NCBI GenBank assembly: GCA_000388065.2
Contig: KB932202.1
Origin: Fonticula alba ATCC 38817
Taxonomy: Eukaryota > Protista > Nucleariida
Length of the DNA stretch: 58,257 nucleotides
Strand: one strand, 5' to 3'
Shown here: positions 36,692 through 49,222 of the stretch, piece after piece
Layout of the letters: each line of letters opens with the position of its first letter
Numbering within the stretch: the stretch's first letter is position 1
Translations under genes and position numbers: made by a program
The notes under the pieces: model-generated
What the model was told of the DNA's origin: nothing
The model's input: the letters and a program-made list of their open reading frames with translations, nothing else
The model's database searches: none

Positions 36692-39600
36692 ATGTCCACC
36701 TACTACGACAGCACCCTGGCTGCCTACGGCGGCTGGCCGACCGATCGCTTCGACGACGGCCAGGCGGCTGGTACGTCTTGCCCCCTGTTCGCCCGGTGTC
36801 CTGCGTCTTCTGGCGTGGCCCTCCTTCGTCCCTTGTCACTGACCTTCCGTCCATTCCCCCCGCCCCCCCTCGGGTAGCCGATGCCATCAATCGCGAGTAT
36901 GAGGCCCTGCGCAACCACGTGCTGCAACACTCCAACACCCTGGATCGCATTGCCTCCACGCTGGAGAGCTCCCTCGGCCCGGCCACTGTCGGGACCCTGT
37001 CGTCGGCCATCTCCGGCAGTGTGGCCAGTGGTCCGACCAGCGGCCCGCCGGGGCTTCTGGCGTCGGCCGGCGGCTGCGGCCCTGTTGCTCCTCTCGGCAC
37101 CACGTCCACGCCGCCGAAGGAGGCGATCTCCTACTCGCGTCTTATTCGCACCAACGACAAGGTGCGCATACATGCACTTATTCTCCCGGCCTTGTCGTTT
37201 GCATCTCTGACTGGTTCCTCTTTCTTTCTTTCTCTCTCTCTCTCTCTCTCCCACTCCTTCTCCCTCTCTCTCTCTCCCACTCTCTCTCCCACTCCTTCTC
37301 CCTCTCTCTCTCTCCCTCTCTCTCTCCCACTCTCTCTCCCACTCCTTCTCCCTCTCTCTCTCTCCCACTCCTTCTCCCACTCTTTCTCCCACTCCTTCTC
37401 CCTCTCTCTCTCTCCCACTCCTTCTCCCACTCTTTCTCCCACTCCTTCTCCCACTCCTTCTCCCACTCCTTCTCCCTCTCTTTCTCCCACTCTTTACCTT
37501 CTTCCTTCTTCCCTTCCCTTCGTCCTCTTTTGTCCCTCTCTTCTTCCTTCACCCCCCAGAACCTGGACAACGTGCTGATTGTCCTGTCCGGCCTCTGTAT
37601 TGAGGTGGAGCATCTGCGCGAGGAGGTACGGTCTGAGGCAGCGCTTGCCATCCCGCCCCTCCCTCACTCACTGACCCCTCTGCCAACAGGCCGAGACGCG
37701 GTTCTTCCCGGCTTTGGCCACCTACGGCGAGCATGTGGCCTATGCGGCGGATTTGGCCAATGCCGCGGCCCCGGCCGCCCCCAATGGCGGCGGTCCCGCC
37801 CCTCCGCTGAATCCCGAGCAGCTGGGCGAGGCGCAGCTCCGCCTCGGCCGCTTCCTGCCCCTGCTGCAGGAGGCCTGCACCTATGTCAACCGGCTGTATG
37901 ACATCATTGTCAACTTCGTCCAGCAGCTGGGTGCCCTGTATGCGCCGAAGTCCGTGCGCGCGGCGCTGGTGGCGCAGCTTCGCCTGGAGACGGTCCCCTT
38001 CCAGCCGGTCTTTGACAGTTTGATGGAGGCATTGGCCATCCTCCTGACGTTGGATGCCATTGCCGCGACCAACACCCAGCTCCAGGCCGACTGGCGTTCT
38101 TACCGGCAGATGATCATGTTCGTCATGCAGGGGGCCGAGCGCTTTGGCCGGACCGAGAGCCAGCTGGCCCAGGTGGACGGCATGCTGCAGGAAATCGAGG
38201 CCCGGCTGCTGGCTGGGTCGGTGTTTTCCGGGCTCTTCAGCTGTCGCTTTGACTTCCATGATTCGCGTGCCGCGGCCACCGCGGTGGCGGCCACCTCCAC
38301 TTCGTGGTTCTCCTTCGGGTCGTCCTCGTCGTCCACCGCGGAGCCGGTGCTGACCGCGGCCCCGGGCGGCCTGCCGCCAGTGCGCCTGAACACCGGCCTG
38401 CGGGATGAGCTCCTGGCCGCGGTCCGGGCACAGGTGGCCTTCCTGCAGGCACGCATCGGCCAGCCGGTGGAGGTCGGCCCTCGCACCGGCCTGATCGGCC
38501 TGGCTGGCCTGCTTCGGCTGGCGTCCAGCGTGGTGGACGGCTTCGCGGTGGCCATCACCGGCGACAAGCAGCTCATTCGGGCGGTGTGGGACCTGGGAGC
38601 CACATCGCCGCTGGTGCCCTTGATGGGCAATGCGGTGTTCGATTATCTGGGCTTCCTGGCCGGGAAGGCCTTCAAGTCGGATGCCCGGGCTTCGGCCAAC
38701 TTTGCGCGGTACATCCGCCAAGGCGACCTGAAGACCGTGCCGGCGGACCGGCTCAAGCGCCTGGTGTCCACCGGGCCAGCCACCGCGGCCACCCTGTCGG
38801 TGCGCGTGGCCGCCTGGTCGGCGCGCATGGGGTCCGAGCTGATCCTGGAGGCCGGCCCGGCTGGCAGTGGGTCCGGGACCCGGGCCGCTCGGGCTGGGGA
38901 TTCGGCCGAGGCCCAGCTTCAGAAGGATGCGCTGATTGTGCGCAACCAGATCCTCATCCAGGGTCTGGTGCTGGGTCATGCGATTGACCATCTGGCGCGG
39001 GAGCTGCTGCACTTGCACCTGCACACCGGCCGGCAGCTGGCCAGTGCCACGGCCCGGACCATCCTGCGTCTGGTGGAGCTGGCCAAGGCCGTGGAGGGGA
39101 CTTTCGCCCGGCACCAGGTGTATGTGGCGCGGCTGCTGCCCTCCTTGCACTTTGTCCTGTCCTCCAGTCTGGTGGACTTTGCGGCCAGCTTCACGCGGCG
39201 CTTCAGCCAGGACCCGCGCATGCGCACGCAGCTCGAGGCATTGGGGCTGCTGGTGCGTCTGGTCAGCGGGCCGCCCACCACCGACCGGCTGAAGGCGGCC
39301 GGCGTGGCCCTGGCCATGATCCGGCCGCATCTGCGTGACCATGAGTACGACTCGGTGGTGCAGCATCTCCGCCAGCTGTCGCTGCTGGGCGGCCTGTCGA
39401 ATGCGGTGGTTGTGGCCACCCGGTGTGAGTTCATCTACTGGAACCGGACCCTGCTGTCGACGTACATGCGGTGGCTCTGGAGCACGGACGGCACGCCCGG
39501 GGCCGGGAGCGATGGGACCCCGGCCGAGTCGTGGGCCCCCTCGCCGGAGGGGCTGCCATTGTTCCTGGCGGCGGCCGGTGATGTGGCCGAGCTGTTGCGC

Positions 39601-40079
39601 GCGGCCGGCCCGGACGGCCTGGACGCCCTGCGCCAGTATTCGGCGGACATTTATGAGCTGCTGGAGACGGAGGTCATCACCCCGGCCTGTACGGCCATCG
39701 ATGACGACCTGCGCATCAGTGGCCATCATGATTTGCGTCTGTCCTCGCGGAATCCCTTCAAGCCGGATGCCATGCCGGCTGGCAGTTTCCTGGGCCTGGC
39801 GGATTATGGCCTGACGCCGTTGGCCACGGCCGGCACGGCCGGCGCCCCGGGGTCCGGCATCACTGGCGCCACTGGCGGCGCGGAGGTTGTCATGCAGGCC
39901 CTCCGGCGCACGCGCGTGTGTCTCGGCCTTTGCCAGATGGCTCCGCTGATGTCGGTCGATGGGGCCGCTTCGGTGGATCTGCGTGGTGCGTGTGCCACAC
40001 CTTCGGTGTTGGTGTTGCTGTTGCTGTTTCAGCGTCGTCCGTCGGGCGGAGCACTGCCACACCTGGTCCCCATGCCTGG

Positions 40080-40124
<45 letters not shown>

Positions 40125-42375
40125 TCTCTCCCTCTCCCTCTCTCTCCCTCTCTTTCTCTCGTTCCCCTTTTCGCCAAACTCACATCCCATTTCCTCTCAC
40201 TCCCATCGCCACGCGGCACAGCCTTTATCACCCAGTACCTGGACAACTTGTATTACCACCAGACCGCGCTGGCGCCACACAACTGGACGCGCTATGAGCG
40301 CATGAAGATCCTGGCTCGCGAGCGCTACGGCCTGGTCCTGTCGGATGCGCGCCTTCCCCCGGGCACTCAGGAGCAGGTATGTGCTGGGTCCCCCTTCCTC
40401 GCTGTTCCAGGCTTTCCCGCGCACTTGCCCATCGTTGCTCGCCTCACGGCGCTTCTCACATGCCGCTGGTTTCCACCACCTCGCCGTGGTTCCCCCCGGG
40501 GTGCAGATGTTCGACGCGCTGGAGATCATGCGCAACATCCATGTCTTCATGTCGCGCTATCGGTACAACATGCATCAGCAGTTCTTCATCGAGTCCTCCT
40601 CCTCCAGCAAGTATCTGCACACGATCCACATCCGCCATGTGGCCAACTCCATCCGGACCCACGGGTCCGGCATGATGAATACCGCCGTCAATGTGACATA
40701 CCAGTTCCTGCGTCGGGAGTTCCGCCTCTTCAGCGAGTTCCTGTACGATGATCACATCAAGTCGCGCCTGGTCCGGGAGGCGCGTTTTGTGACGGAGCAG
40801 CGCGAGGCGGCCCTCGGTGGTGCTCCCTCCGGGCATTCGATGGCCCTGGCCGGGGACTTCTCCGGCTACAAGGCCGGCGCTCGTCCCAACCGCGGCGGGA
40901 CGCCCCCTTCGCGGGCGCAGTTTTCCTATCCCTTCGAGCGGGCCGAGGAGCTGAACCGCTGGTCGCGCAGTCTCGGTGTTCGTGACAAGACCGGCACCCA
41001 GTATCTGGATGAGTTCCGCCGCGTGGTCACCGTCATGGGCAATGCCCTGGGCTACGTGCGTCTGGTGCGCTCGGGTGGTCTGCACCATGCCAGTCGCGTG
41101 GTTGCCCATGTGCCGGAGATCACCCAGATGACGGGCACCTTTGGCGAGGGTGTCACCCGCGATGGGATCGGCTCTACCAGCAGCTCCGGCACCAGTGTGT
41201 CATCGGCGGCCTCGTACGTGAGCGGCGGCGTGCTGCCGTCGGGGGTTTCACATTGTGTCGACTGTCCTCCTCCTCCTCTCCTGACCTTGTTTTGTCCCTG
41301 TCCCCCCGCTCCTGTCCTTTGTCGCCTTTCCCTCTGGCGGTTGCCCTTGTCATCCACCCCGTCGCATTCTCGCTCTCTCTCGTTCTCTCTCGTTCTCTCT
41401 CGTTCTCTCTCGTTCTCTCTTTCTCTCTCTCGTTCTCTCTTTCTCTCTNNNNNNNNNNNNNNNNNNNNNNNNNNNNNNNNNNNNNNNNNNNNNNNNNNNN
41501 NNNNNNNNNNNNNACGCACGCAGGAATATGGATGCCACCTTGGAGAACCTGATGGAGACCTTCTCCTCCAGCACGGATTACTTCCGGAACCTGGTGGACG
41601 CCTTTGCGGCCGGTTCGCGCCACCCGCGTAACGTCCACCTGAAGCACTTCTACCTGCTGGTCCCGGCGCTGACCCTGTCGCATGTGGAGCACATGGTGGC
41701 TTCGAAGGATCGCCTGGACAAGAATCGCCCGGATGGCGCGGCCTTCACCGATGACGGATTTGCCCTGGGTGTGGCGTACGCCCTGAAGTTGCTGGACCTC
41801 GACAGCAAGTTCGATGCGCTGCACTGGTTCTCATCGGTGCACAACCACTATGAGCAGGCGGCTCGACGCATCGACCAGGCCGCGGCCTCCGGCAGCCTGG
41901 GCTCCGGTGGTGACGCCAACCTCGGCAGCCTCGGCGGTGTCGGAGCCTCGGACCTGCTGGTGTCTTCCAGCACCCTGGGCGGCGGTGGCCGCCTCAATAG
42001 CCAGGATCAGCGTCAGTCGACCATCCTGGCCAAGAAGAAGCTGGACCTGTATCGCAAGGTGCGCACACCTGGGCCCATCCCGCCCTCGCGCCCCGTTCCC
42101 CCCCCCCCTGTGTCGCCAATGACTGACATATCCCCTCGCCCTCGATCCTGTCCCCTGTGCCCGCGTACACTTGCGCCTCATGCACCCGCGCACACATCTC
42201 TGCATGTCCACAGGAATTCCATCTCCTTTATGTCACCCTTACCGGTGCGCGGATTCTTTTCCGCGAGGAGGGTGAGCACTTCTCCCCGGCCACGGCCGAG
42301 AGCAGCGGCGGAGCTGACGCAGCTGCCGGCGACGCGGCTACCGGCGACGCGGCTGCCCCGGCTGCCGCCGAGTAA
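36692..42375 (+). CDS. WASHC4: WASH complex subunit 4 (SWIP/KIAA1033/WASH-7)
   Basis: Exons 36692-36770, 36878-37161, 37560-37625, 37690-39985, 40222-40376, 40507-41213, 41524-42058, 42214-42375. Motifs GRFLPLLQE, LEIMRNIHVF..Y.YNM..QFFIE, LHTIHIRHVANSIRTHGSGMMNTAVNVTYQFL, FSEFLYDDHIKSRL, AAFTDDGFALGVAYALKLL, EFHLLYVTLTGARILF. Confidence 0.95.
37225..37495. repeat. Intronic pyrimidine minisatellite (CTCCCACTCYTT units)
   Basis: Direct reading of SWIP intron 2. Confidence 0.85.
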
Positions 42376-43067
42376 TCCCGCAGCTTACCCTGCGAGGGCT
42401 TTCTGCCTTCCTCTTCCACACACATACCCCCTCCCCTCTCCCTCGCTCTCTCGTCCATCTCTCCTTCGTGCCTGTGTCTTCCTGCTGCACGGCGGCTGGC
42501 CATGTGTCGAGAGGCCAGCGCACCCATGTGTGCGCCTGCATGCACAGGGGCAGCGGTGTCCATATGCGCACGCGGGCCAGCCGCTCGCTGTGCGTAAGAG
42601 CGGGTTTCCTTGGGCGGGGACCAGAAGGCAATACAACACCTCCACAGCCACAGGCGAGCCAGGCAGACCGAGCGCCGCACAGGGGGGTTCGGGGGAGGCA
42701 GAAGGAGGACGAGGGAAAGAGCGGGAGAGTGGGGGGGGGGGGGGGGGGGGGGATGCGCACCCACGCCAGGCCGGCGGAACGCGCCCGCGCGTGGGCGAGG
42801 CCCATTCGTTGGCACCCAATCTTGGCGCTAGCGCCGCGATCTGCGTCCTGCCGGGGCGAGGCGAGGGGAACGCTTGAAAATGCCCTCGCCAGAAAAGCAC
42901 CCCAGCCCATGCGCCGTGTGGGCCACACCTGCTGCCACTTTCCCCGTGCCCTCGCCCCTCTCACGCGCCCCTTTCGCCCCCCTCCCCCCCCCCTCGCCCT
43001 CCCTCTCCCCCGCGCGCGCGGACACTTGGGCCTCTTTCCCGAACCCCCTACCTCCGCCAGTCACAGC

Positions 43068-44457
43068 ATGAGCAAGCGCCGGTCGCGTTTCCGCATGGCC
43101 GCAGCCCCCGAGGGGGGCTCCCCCCCGCAGCAGGCGGACCTCGAGCTGGTCGCCCGGCGCGAGGAGCGGAAGTATGTGCACGAAGTGTATGACGCGATTG
43201 CCGGTAGCTTCAGCGCCACTCGCGCCGGGGTGCGTTGCCCTCTCAGTGCGCCCGGTCGTGGACCTTCCCTCGAGATTAACACATGTGTGTCTGGCTGGAC
43301 GGGGCCGGGGGGGTGGACCCGGCCGCGGCGCAGACATGGCCCGGCATTCGTGCCTTCCTCGGGGCCCTGCCAGCCGGGTCGCTGGTCCTGGATGCCGGCT
43401 GCGGCAATGGTCGGTATATGTCTCTGGCACCTCTCTCCGGGGCGGGGTGTGCGCCCCGGCGGCCGGTGGTGCGCACCGTGCGCGAGCAAAAGTCCACGCG
43501 CTTTGTCTCGGAGGACTTCTCCCCTCTGCCGCTGATCATGGTCGGGAGTGACCTCTGCCGGCCTCTGGCAGAGCTTGCTGCGGAAAACCACCTCCCCGGC
43601 GTGCCGCCGAACGAAGTGGCCGTTGCCCACAGCCTGGCCCTTCCCCACCGGGCAGGCCTCTTTGTACGCTCTCGTTGTGACCTCCTGGCACCTTCGTGTC
43701 CACGCGCCTGCCTGACCATCGCCGCTTGCCTTGCGATGTAGGACGCATGCATTTCGATTGCGGTTATCCACCACTTCATGACCACCCAACGCCGCATTGC
43801 ATCCATCCTGGTGCGCACCCCCCCCCCCCCCCATGCTTTCTCCCTCCCTCTCTCTTTCTCCACCTGCCCCCCTCCTCCCTCGTGCGAGAAGATCGCCGCT
43901 CGGCATTGGTGCTGACATTCCCCGGGCTGCAGGAAATGGCCCGCGTCCTGGGCATCGGGGGCGTGGGTCTGGTAACTGCCTGGGCTCTGCCTGGGTCCCG
44001 GCCCGGCACTTGTCCTGGCTGCTCGGACACATCTGCCGGCTCAAGGGCCGGATTCAGGGCGCTTTTCGCCTCCTCTTGCCCGGGTTTGGAGCGCCCCATG
44101 CCGGCGACCGGGCCCGTGCTGTGCCACATTTGCGCCGAAGCCCGGCAAGCAGCCCCGACCGAGCCGATCATCGAGAACGAGCAGGATCTCCTGGTGGGCT
44201 GGCAACTTCCCCGCGAGGCGCCGCACGCCCAACAGCCGCCGCAAAAACAATCCCCCGCGTCCGACCGGGATCTCACCCGGTACTACCACTTTTTCCGGGA
44301 GTTCGAGCTGGAGAACCTGGTCCAAATGGCCTCCATGCAGCTGGCCGCCAGCACCACCGGCGCCGAGAGCCTGCACATCCGGTCGGTTGGCTGGGAAAAA
44401 GAAAACTGGTCCATTGTCTTCGAGAAAGTCCGCCACAGTGAGCCCACTCACAACTAG
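43068..44457 (+). CDS. TRM9: Trm9/ALKBH8-type tRNA wobble-uridine carboxymethyl methyltransferase (stand-alone)
   Basis: Exons 43068-43229, 43334-43663, 43742-43810, 43933-44457. EERKYVHEVYDAIA..FSATR, WPGIRAFL, VLDAGCGNGRY, GSDLC, DACISIAVIHH, RYYHFFREFEL, WEKENW. The start could instead be ATG 43095. Confidence 0.9.
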
Positions 44458-44673
44458 CGCTTGGGCCCGCGGAGGGGTCATACACATCCATTCCCTTGCC
44501 CACTGTCCCGGGCATGGGGCGCCCTTTCACCACATGGGGACTGCGTTGTTGCTCTGTCTGCCGAGGCGCCGGTCTGTCTGGGGATTTTGTGTATTATTTT
44601 TCTTCGAGGGAGGGCTGCACAGGGGCACACGCGTGGAGTGGAGTAACACGGCGGGAGCAAGCCCCGAGGGCTC

Positions 44674-44803
44674 TCAGCGCCGAGCGGCAGGGTCCAGGGA
44701 GCTCGAGGGCCCGGTTCCGGAGGGCGGAAGGTTGTTGAAAGTGTGTCGACGGGCCTGGTACAGGCCGGTAGCCTGCCGACCGCTGCCAATCACACCAACG
44801 CGG

Positions 44804-44844
<41 letters not shown>

Positions 44845-45737
44845 GTGGGAGGGGAGGGGGGGGGGGCGGCGAAAGGAGGGATCCAAGTGTCAGTATGTGC
44901 GGCGAGCGGCAACATATCCATGCGCACGCGCGCGCGCGCCCAGGAAGGAGTCAGGAGGACAGGACAGCAATGCGCACCGGCAGCCGTGGCAGGGGAGGAG
45001 AAGATGCTCTTGCCAAGCATGCCAGTGCCAGGGCCGCGCACGCGCCGCTGGCTCTGGTATGCCTGCCATTCGCTTTGGCGGGCCTTCAGGACCTTTGTCG
45101 GGGGGATGTTCTTGGCCCGGCTGGGGGGCGGCGCGTCGCTGGTGGCCGGCTCTATGGTGTGCAAAAGGCGGGGATGGGTGTGAGTGACAGGGGTGTGTGT
45201 GTGTGCAGGGGAAAAAAAAAAGAGCGCCAGTCGTACTGGTTTGCGTGGCATCCACGGTCGAAGGAGACTCGGCGCGTGTTGATGCGCGAATGGTGTCCAG
45301 TGTCTGGATTTCGGAATTGTTGTACTGCGTCGCCAGAAACCCACCGACAGGGCGGCATGTCAGTCAGCGAATCGGAATAGCGGGACCATGGAGGGGGGGG
45401 GGGGGCAGGAAATATGGATATGGGCATATGCATGCACATATATACACAAGTATACAGAGGGCGAGAGAGGGAGGATGGAAAAATGTGACAGCCCGAAACG
45501 CACCCCCTCATAAAGGACCGTGTACATGCGACCGCCGCCGGAGATGGCAGTGATTTCGCCCGGATACCAGAGGTTGTCCGCGCTGTACAGGGCGTCCACC
45601 TTGTCACCAATCTTGAAGGCCGGCACGACCGCTGGCTCGTCATCGGCGCCAGTGCTGGCCGCCTGCGAAGGAGGCGCGTCCGCCTCGTGCTGCTCTTCCT
45701 CGCCCTCGGGGAAGAGGGCCTTCAAAGTCTCGATATA
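44674..45737 (-). CDS. SMNDC1: Splicing factor SPF30 / SMNDC1 (Tudor domain); 5' exon(s) missing, probably in gap 45795-46040
   Basis: Exons 45737-45504, 45324-45237, 45151-44978, 44804-44674. Tudor FKIGDKVDALYSADNLWYPGEITAI..YTVLYEG|YNNSE; C-terminal EWQAY..KSIFSSP..G|RVGVIGSG. Confidence 0.85.
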
Positions 45738-47059
45738 CTGCCGAGAGAAGCGCACAGCCCAGGAGCAGATGGTATGTGTGTGTGTGTGTGTGTGNNNNNN
45801 NNNNNNNNNNNNNNNNNNNNNNNNNNNNNNNNNNNNNNNNNNNNNNNNNNNNNNNNNNNNNNNNNNNNNNNNNNNNNNNNNNNNNNNNNNNNNNNNNNNN
45901 NNNNNNNNNNNNNNNNNNNNNNNNNNNNNNNNNNNNNNNNNNNNNNNNNNNNNNNNNNNNNNNNNNNNNNNNNNNNNNNNNNNNNNNNNNNNNNNNNNNN
46001 NNNNNNNNNNNNNNNNNNNNNNNNNNNNNNNNNNNNNNNNATAGCACCGGCGGCCTGGATGGGCGCATCCGCGCGCCCCACGGGACAGAGCGTGGCGCGG
46101 GCCTTGGCTCTGTTTGTGGTCGACAGGACGGCCGTGGCCACCGTGTGCGTGCGTGCGTGTGTGCGTGTGTATGTGTGTGTGTGTGTGTGCGTGCGGGTGG
46201 GCGTGCGTGTGTGTGTGCGTGCGTGGGGGGGGGGGGGCGTGCGTGGGGGGGGGGGAGAAGGCAGGATATGTGCGTGTGTGCGTGTGTGGGAGAAGGACAA
46301 GAAAATCGAAGGGACGAGCAAAAGCAGCAGCGAGGGGCGACGAGGAGACACAGAGGTGGGGCGGGGTGTATAGGGGAGATGCGGCCTGCGCAACGCGCAC
46401 ACCCGGGTCGCCACCGGAAAATGGGCCAGATCCCGTCCGGACGCGACACCACAAAGCTCGCGAGACCCAGCCAGAGATGGGGATGCGGGGCCCTCTCCCT
46501 CTCTCTCTCTCTCTCTTTCCCCCCCCCCNNNNNNNNNNNNNNNNNNNNNNNNNNNNNNNNNNNNNNNNNNNNNNNNNNNNNNNNNNNNNNNNNNNNNNNN
46601 NNNNNNNNNNNNNAAGGGAGAATGTGAGGGGCCCCCTGTTGGCCCTCCGCCTGATGTGCTGCCTTTCATGGCCTTTCTCTCTCCCTCTCCCTCTCTCTCT
46701 CTCTCTCTTTCCCCCCCCCCCCCCCCGCTCCTGGCGACCAGTCGCCCCGATTCCCACCGCAGGAGCCGGGGCGGACGCAGAACACATGCTTCTGCCATGT
46801 GACCACAGCCGTTGGCAGCCATCCAGCTTTGCAGGCACCGCATTCCAACCGGCCTGTGTTGCCGTCCCCCCCCCCCCCCCCGGCCAGCCGGCTTCCACCG
46901 CCTTTGGGGAGGGAACGGAGTGTTTCTTCCCTTGGCAGTGGGTGGCCGGGGAGAACAAGACGGAGAAACTGCGGGGGGCGGGGGAGGGGCCGCCCCGGAT
47001 CAGCGGCAGTTCCGGCAACCTCGCAGGGCCAGGCCAAGACCAGGGACCGCGCCAACACG

Positions 47060-47137
<78 letters not shown>
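47060..47137. repeat. About 78-nt poly-C (poly-G on minus) homopolymer
   Basis: Direct reading; the length may be unreliable. Confidence 0.7.
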
Positions 47138-47139
<2 letters not shown>

Positions 47140-47572
47140 GAGGAGCACGGCCACAGAAAGAGCCTGGCAGGAGGGGCCCCGCAACGCAGGGGCAAGGAGC
47201 AAGTCTCTTGCCCCGTGCAGGAGGAGGGCAGCAGATCTTCTTCCTTGGCAGAGGACCGTGCCGGGGGCCCGAGCGACCAGGCCCCCCCCTCCCTGGTCCT
47301 TCCCCCTTGTGCCTCCGTGCGATGGGCGATCGACCGAACTACATTTTGAGCCTCCACGGCGACCGGGCCCGCCGCGGCCCGGTGGGCAGGTATCTGCAGC
47401 TCCCCTCCCCCCTCTCCTTTTTCTTTCCCACCCCCCGCTCCCCGCCCCCGCTCCCCGCCCCCGCTCCCTTTCCCCCTCCTAGTCACGTCGCACCCAATCG
47501 GCATCCCGCCTTTCGGTCCTCCCCTCCCCGCCCCCCCGCCCCCTTGCGCGCGCGCGCTCTGCCCCCGTCGCC

Positions 47573-48711
47573 ATGGCGTCCGAGCTTGAGAAGCTCATTT
47601 CCCGGCTGGACCGGCTCAATGAGGAGCTGGAGCCGGAGTCGGTTAAGCAGAACCGCCTGGCCAAGGAGGCGACCACCATGGCCAAGAACAGCAGTGCCAA
47701 TGATGACTTCAGCAAGCAGAAGAGCAAGGTCTCCTCGCTGATCCGCGACACGCGTCATGTGCGACGATCCTCACCTTCCCTGCCAATATTCCTGTCTCCG
47801 CGATTTTCATGGTGATCTAACGTCGCTTGGTGTTTCGGCGGGCGGGGGTCTCGGCAATCGGGCGGTGTGGGGTGTGTGTGTGGGGGGGGGGGGGCGCGCA
47901 CGCACCACAACAGCAACTGAAAAAGCGCTCGGACCTCATGGAGAAGGTCTCCAGCAAGGGCCCCTCCTCGCGGGGGCGCGACAATGCAACCATCTCCCAG
48001 ATGGGCGCCGCCATCCGGAAGTCCATTCGTGAGGTGTACAACGCCATCACGGATTTGGAGCAGCTCCTGCCGCCGCAGGTGGCCGAGGTGCGAGCCGTCA
48101 TGGCCCGAGGCGCGCCATTTGCCCGGGTGTCAATTGCCATGTTTTCTTTCTTCTTCCCTCCCTCTTGTACACGTGCTTCCCCTTCGCAGTCGCCCCTGAC
48201 AGCCTGTTTTTTTTCCTATGCCCGGCCGGGTCCGTGCCTCCGTCCGGCTCTTGCCCCCTGCACCTGGCAAAGACCCACCGCGATTACGCCTTCTTTGCCA
48301 CGCGCTTGCGGATAGTCGAGCTGGCGCGTGCCCACGCCAAGGAGCTGGAGGCGCTCGAGCGAGGAAACACGACCAGCACCTCGGCGCAGAATGAGCTGAC
48401 CTCTGGGGCATCGCCGCTTGGATCCTTCGGTGTATCGGCCTTCGGGCAGCCGGAGCGCTCAGGCCCCGCCGACCCGACGGTGTCCAAGTTGGAAGACCTG
48501 GATGACATTTCGGATGACATTGCCCGCGTGCGCGAGCGCGAGAAAGACATTGTGCGTGCCCGACTGGGCGTCTGTCAAGGGGGGGGGGGGCGGCGGGGGC
48601 GGGGGGCCGGCAGAGGAGGCATGTGGAGGAGCCCCTTTTTGTGGCTGCGATCTCGCTGAAAGCCAGGATGACTGACGTTGTGCTGTGTGCCTGATGTGCT
48701 GCCTTTCATGG

Positions 48712-48746
<35 letters not shown>

Positions 48747-49222
48747 ATTTCCCCCCTCACACCCACACCCACGCACACATACGTAGGAGCGCGATATCGA
48801 GCTCATCGCCGAGGGTGTGCAGGCACTTCGGTCGGCGGCGGAGGACATCGGCGACATTGTCACCCAGCAGAACCGCATGATCGAGCAGGTTGATGCCAAG
48901 GCCGAGCAGGCCAACCTCCGTCTGCAGACGCTCAATGGCCGGATGAATGACACGGTCAAGGGGGTGCGTCTGCCATCGGGCATGGCATGGCATTGGGCGG
49001 CGGCCGACAGGGCGCCGACACGCCGGGCTGCCTCCTGTGCTCCTCTTCACTTGGCCCCCTCTGTGACGCCCTTCTGGCTACTTACCTCCCATCTTTCCCC
49101 TTTTGCGTGGTGGCCCTGGTGCGCACATCGGCCAGATGATGAAGGGCGACAAGTTCATTGTCACCTTCATCCTGGTGGCGGTTCTGCTGGCTCTGATTGC
49201 CTTCATGTCCAGCTACTTCTGA
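47573..49222 (+). CDS. SYP7: Tail-anchored Qc-SNARE of the SYP7 (plant SYP71-73-like) type
   Basis: Exons 47573-47758, 47914-48087, 48273-48551, 48787-48963, 49136-49222. N-terminal helical domain (DDFSK.., QMGAAIRK.., ATRLRIVEL); SNARE motif IELIAEGVQALRSAAEDIGDIVTQQNRMIEQVDAKAEQANLRLQTLNGRMNDTV with zero-layer Q; C-terminal TM FIVTFILVAVLLALIAFMSSYF. Confidence 0.8.

Noticed and set aside
37549-40062. 837-aa minus-strand ORF
   Set aside because: Antisense shadow of SWIP exon 4 caused by GC-rich codon usage; no recognisable domain
46497-46725. CT/C-rich segment repeated on both sides of gap 46529-46613
   Set aside because: Gap-edge overlap artefact
45360-47504. 714-aa minus-strand ORF as full SPF30
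   Set aside because: Reads through N-gaps, poly-G and CA repeats; only 45737-45504 is real coding sequence
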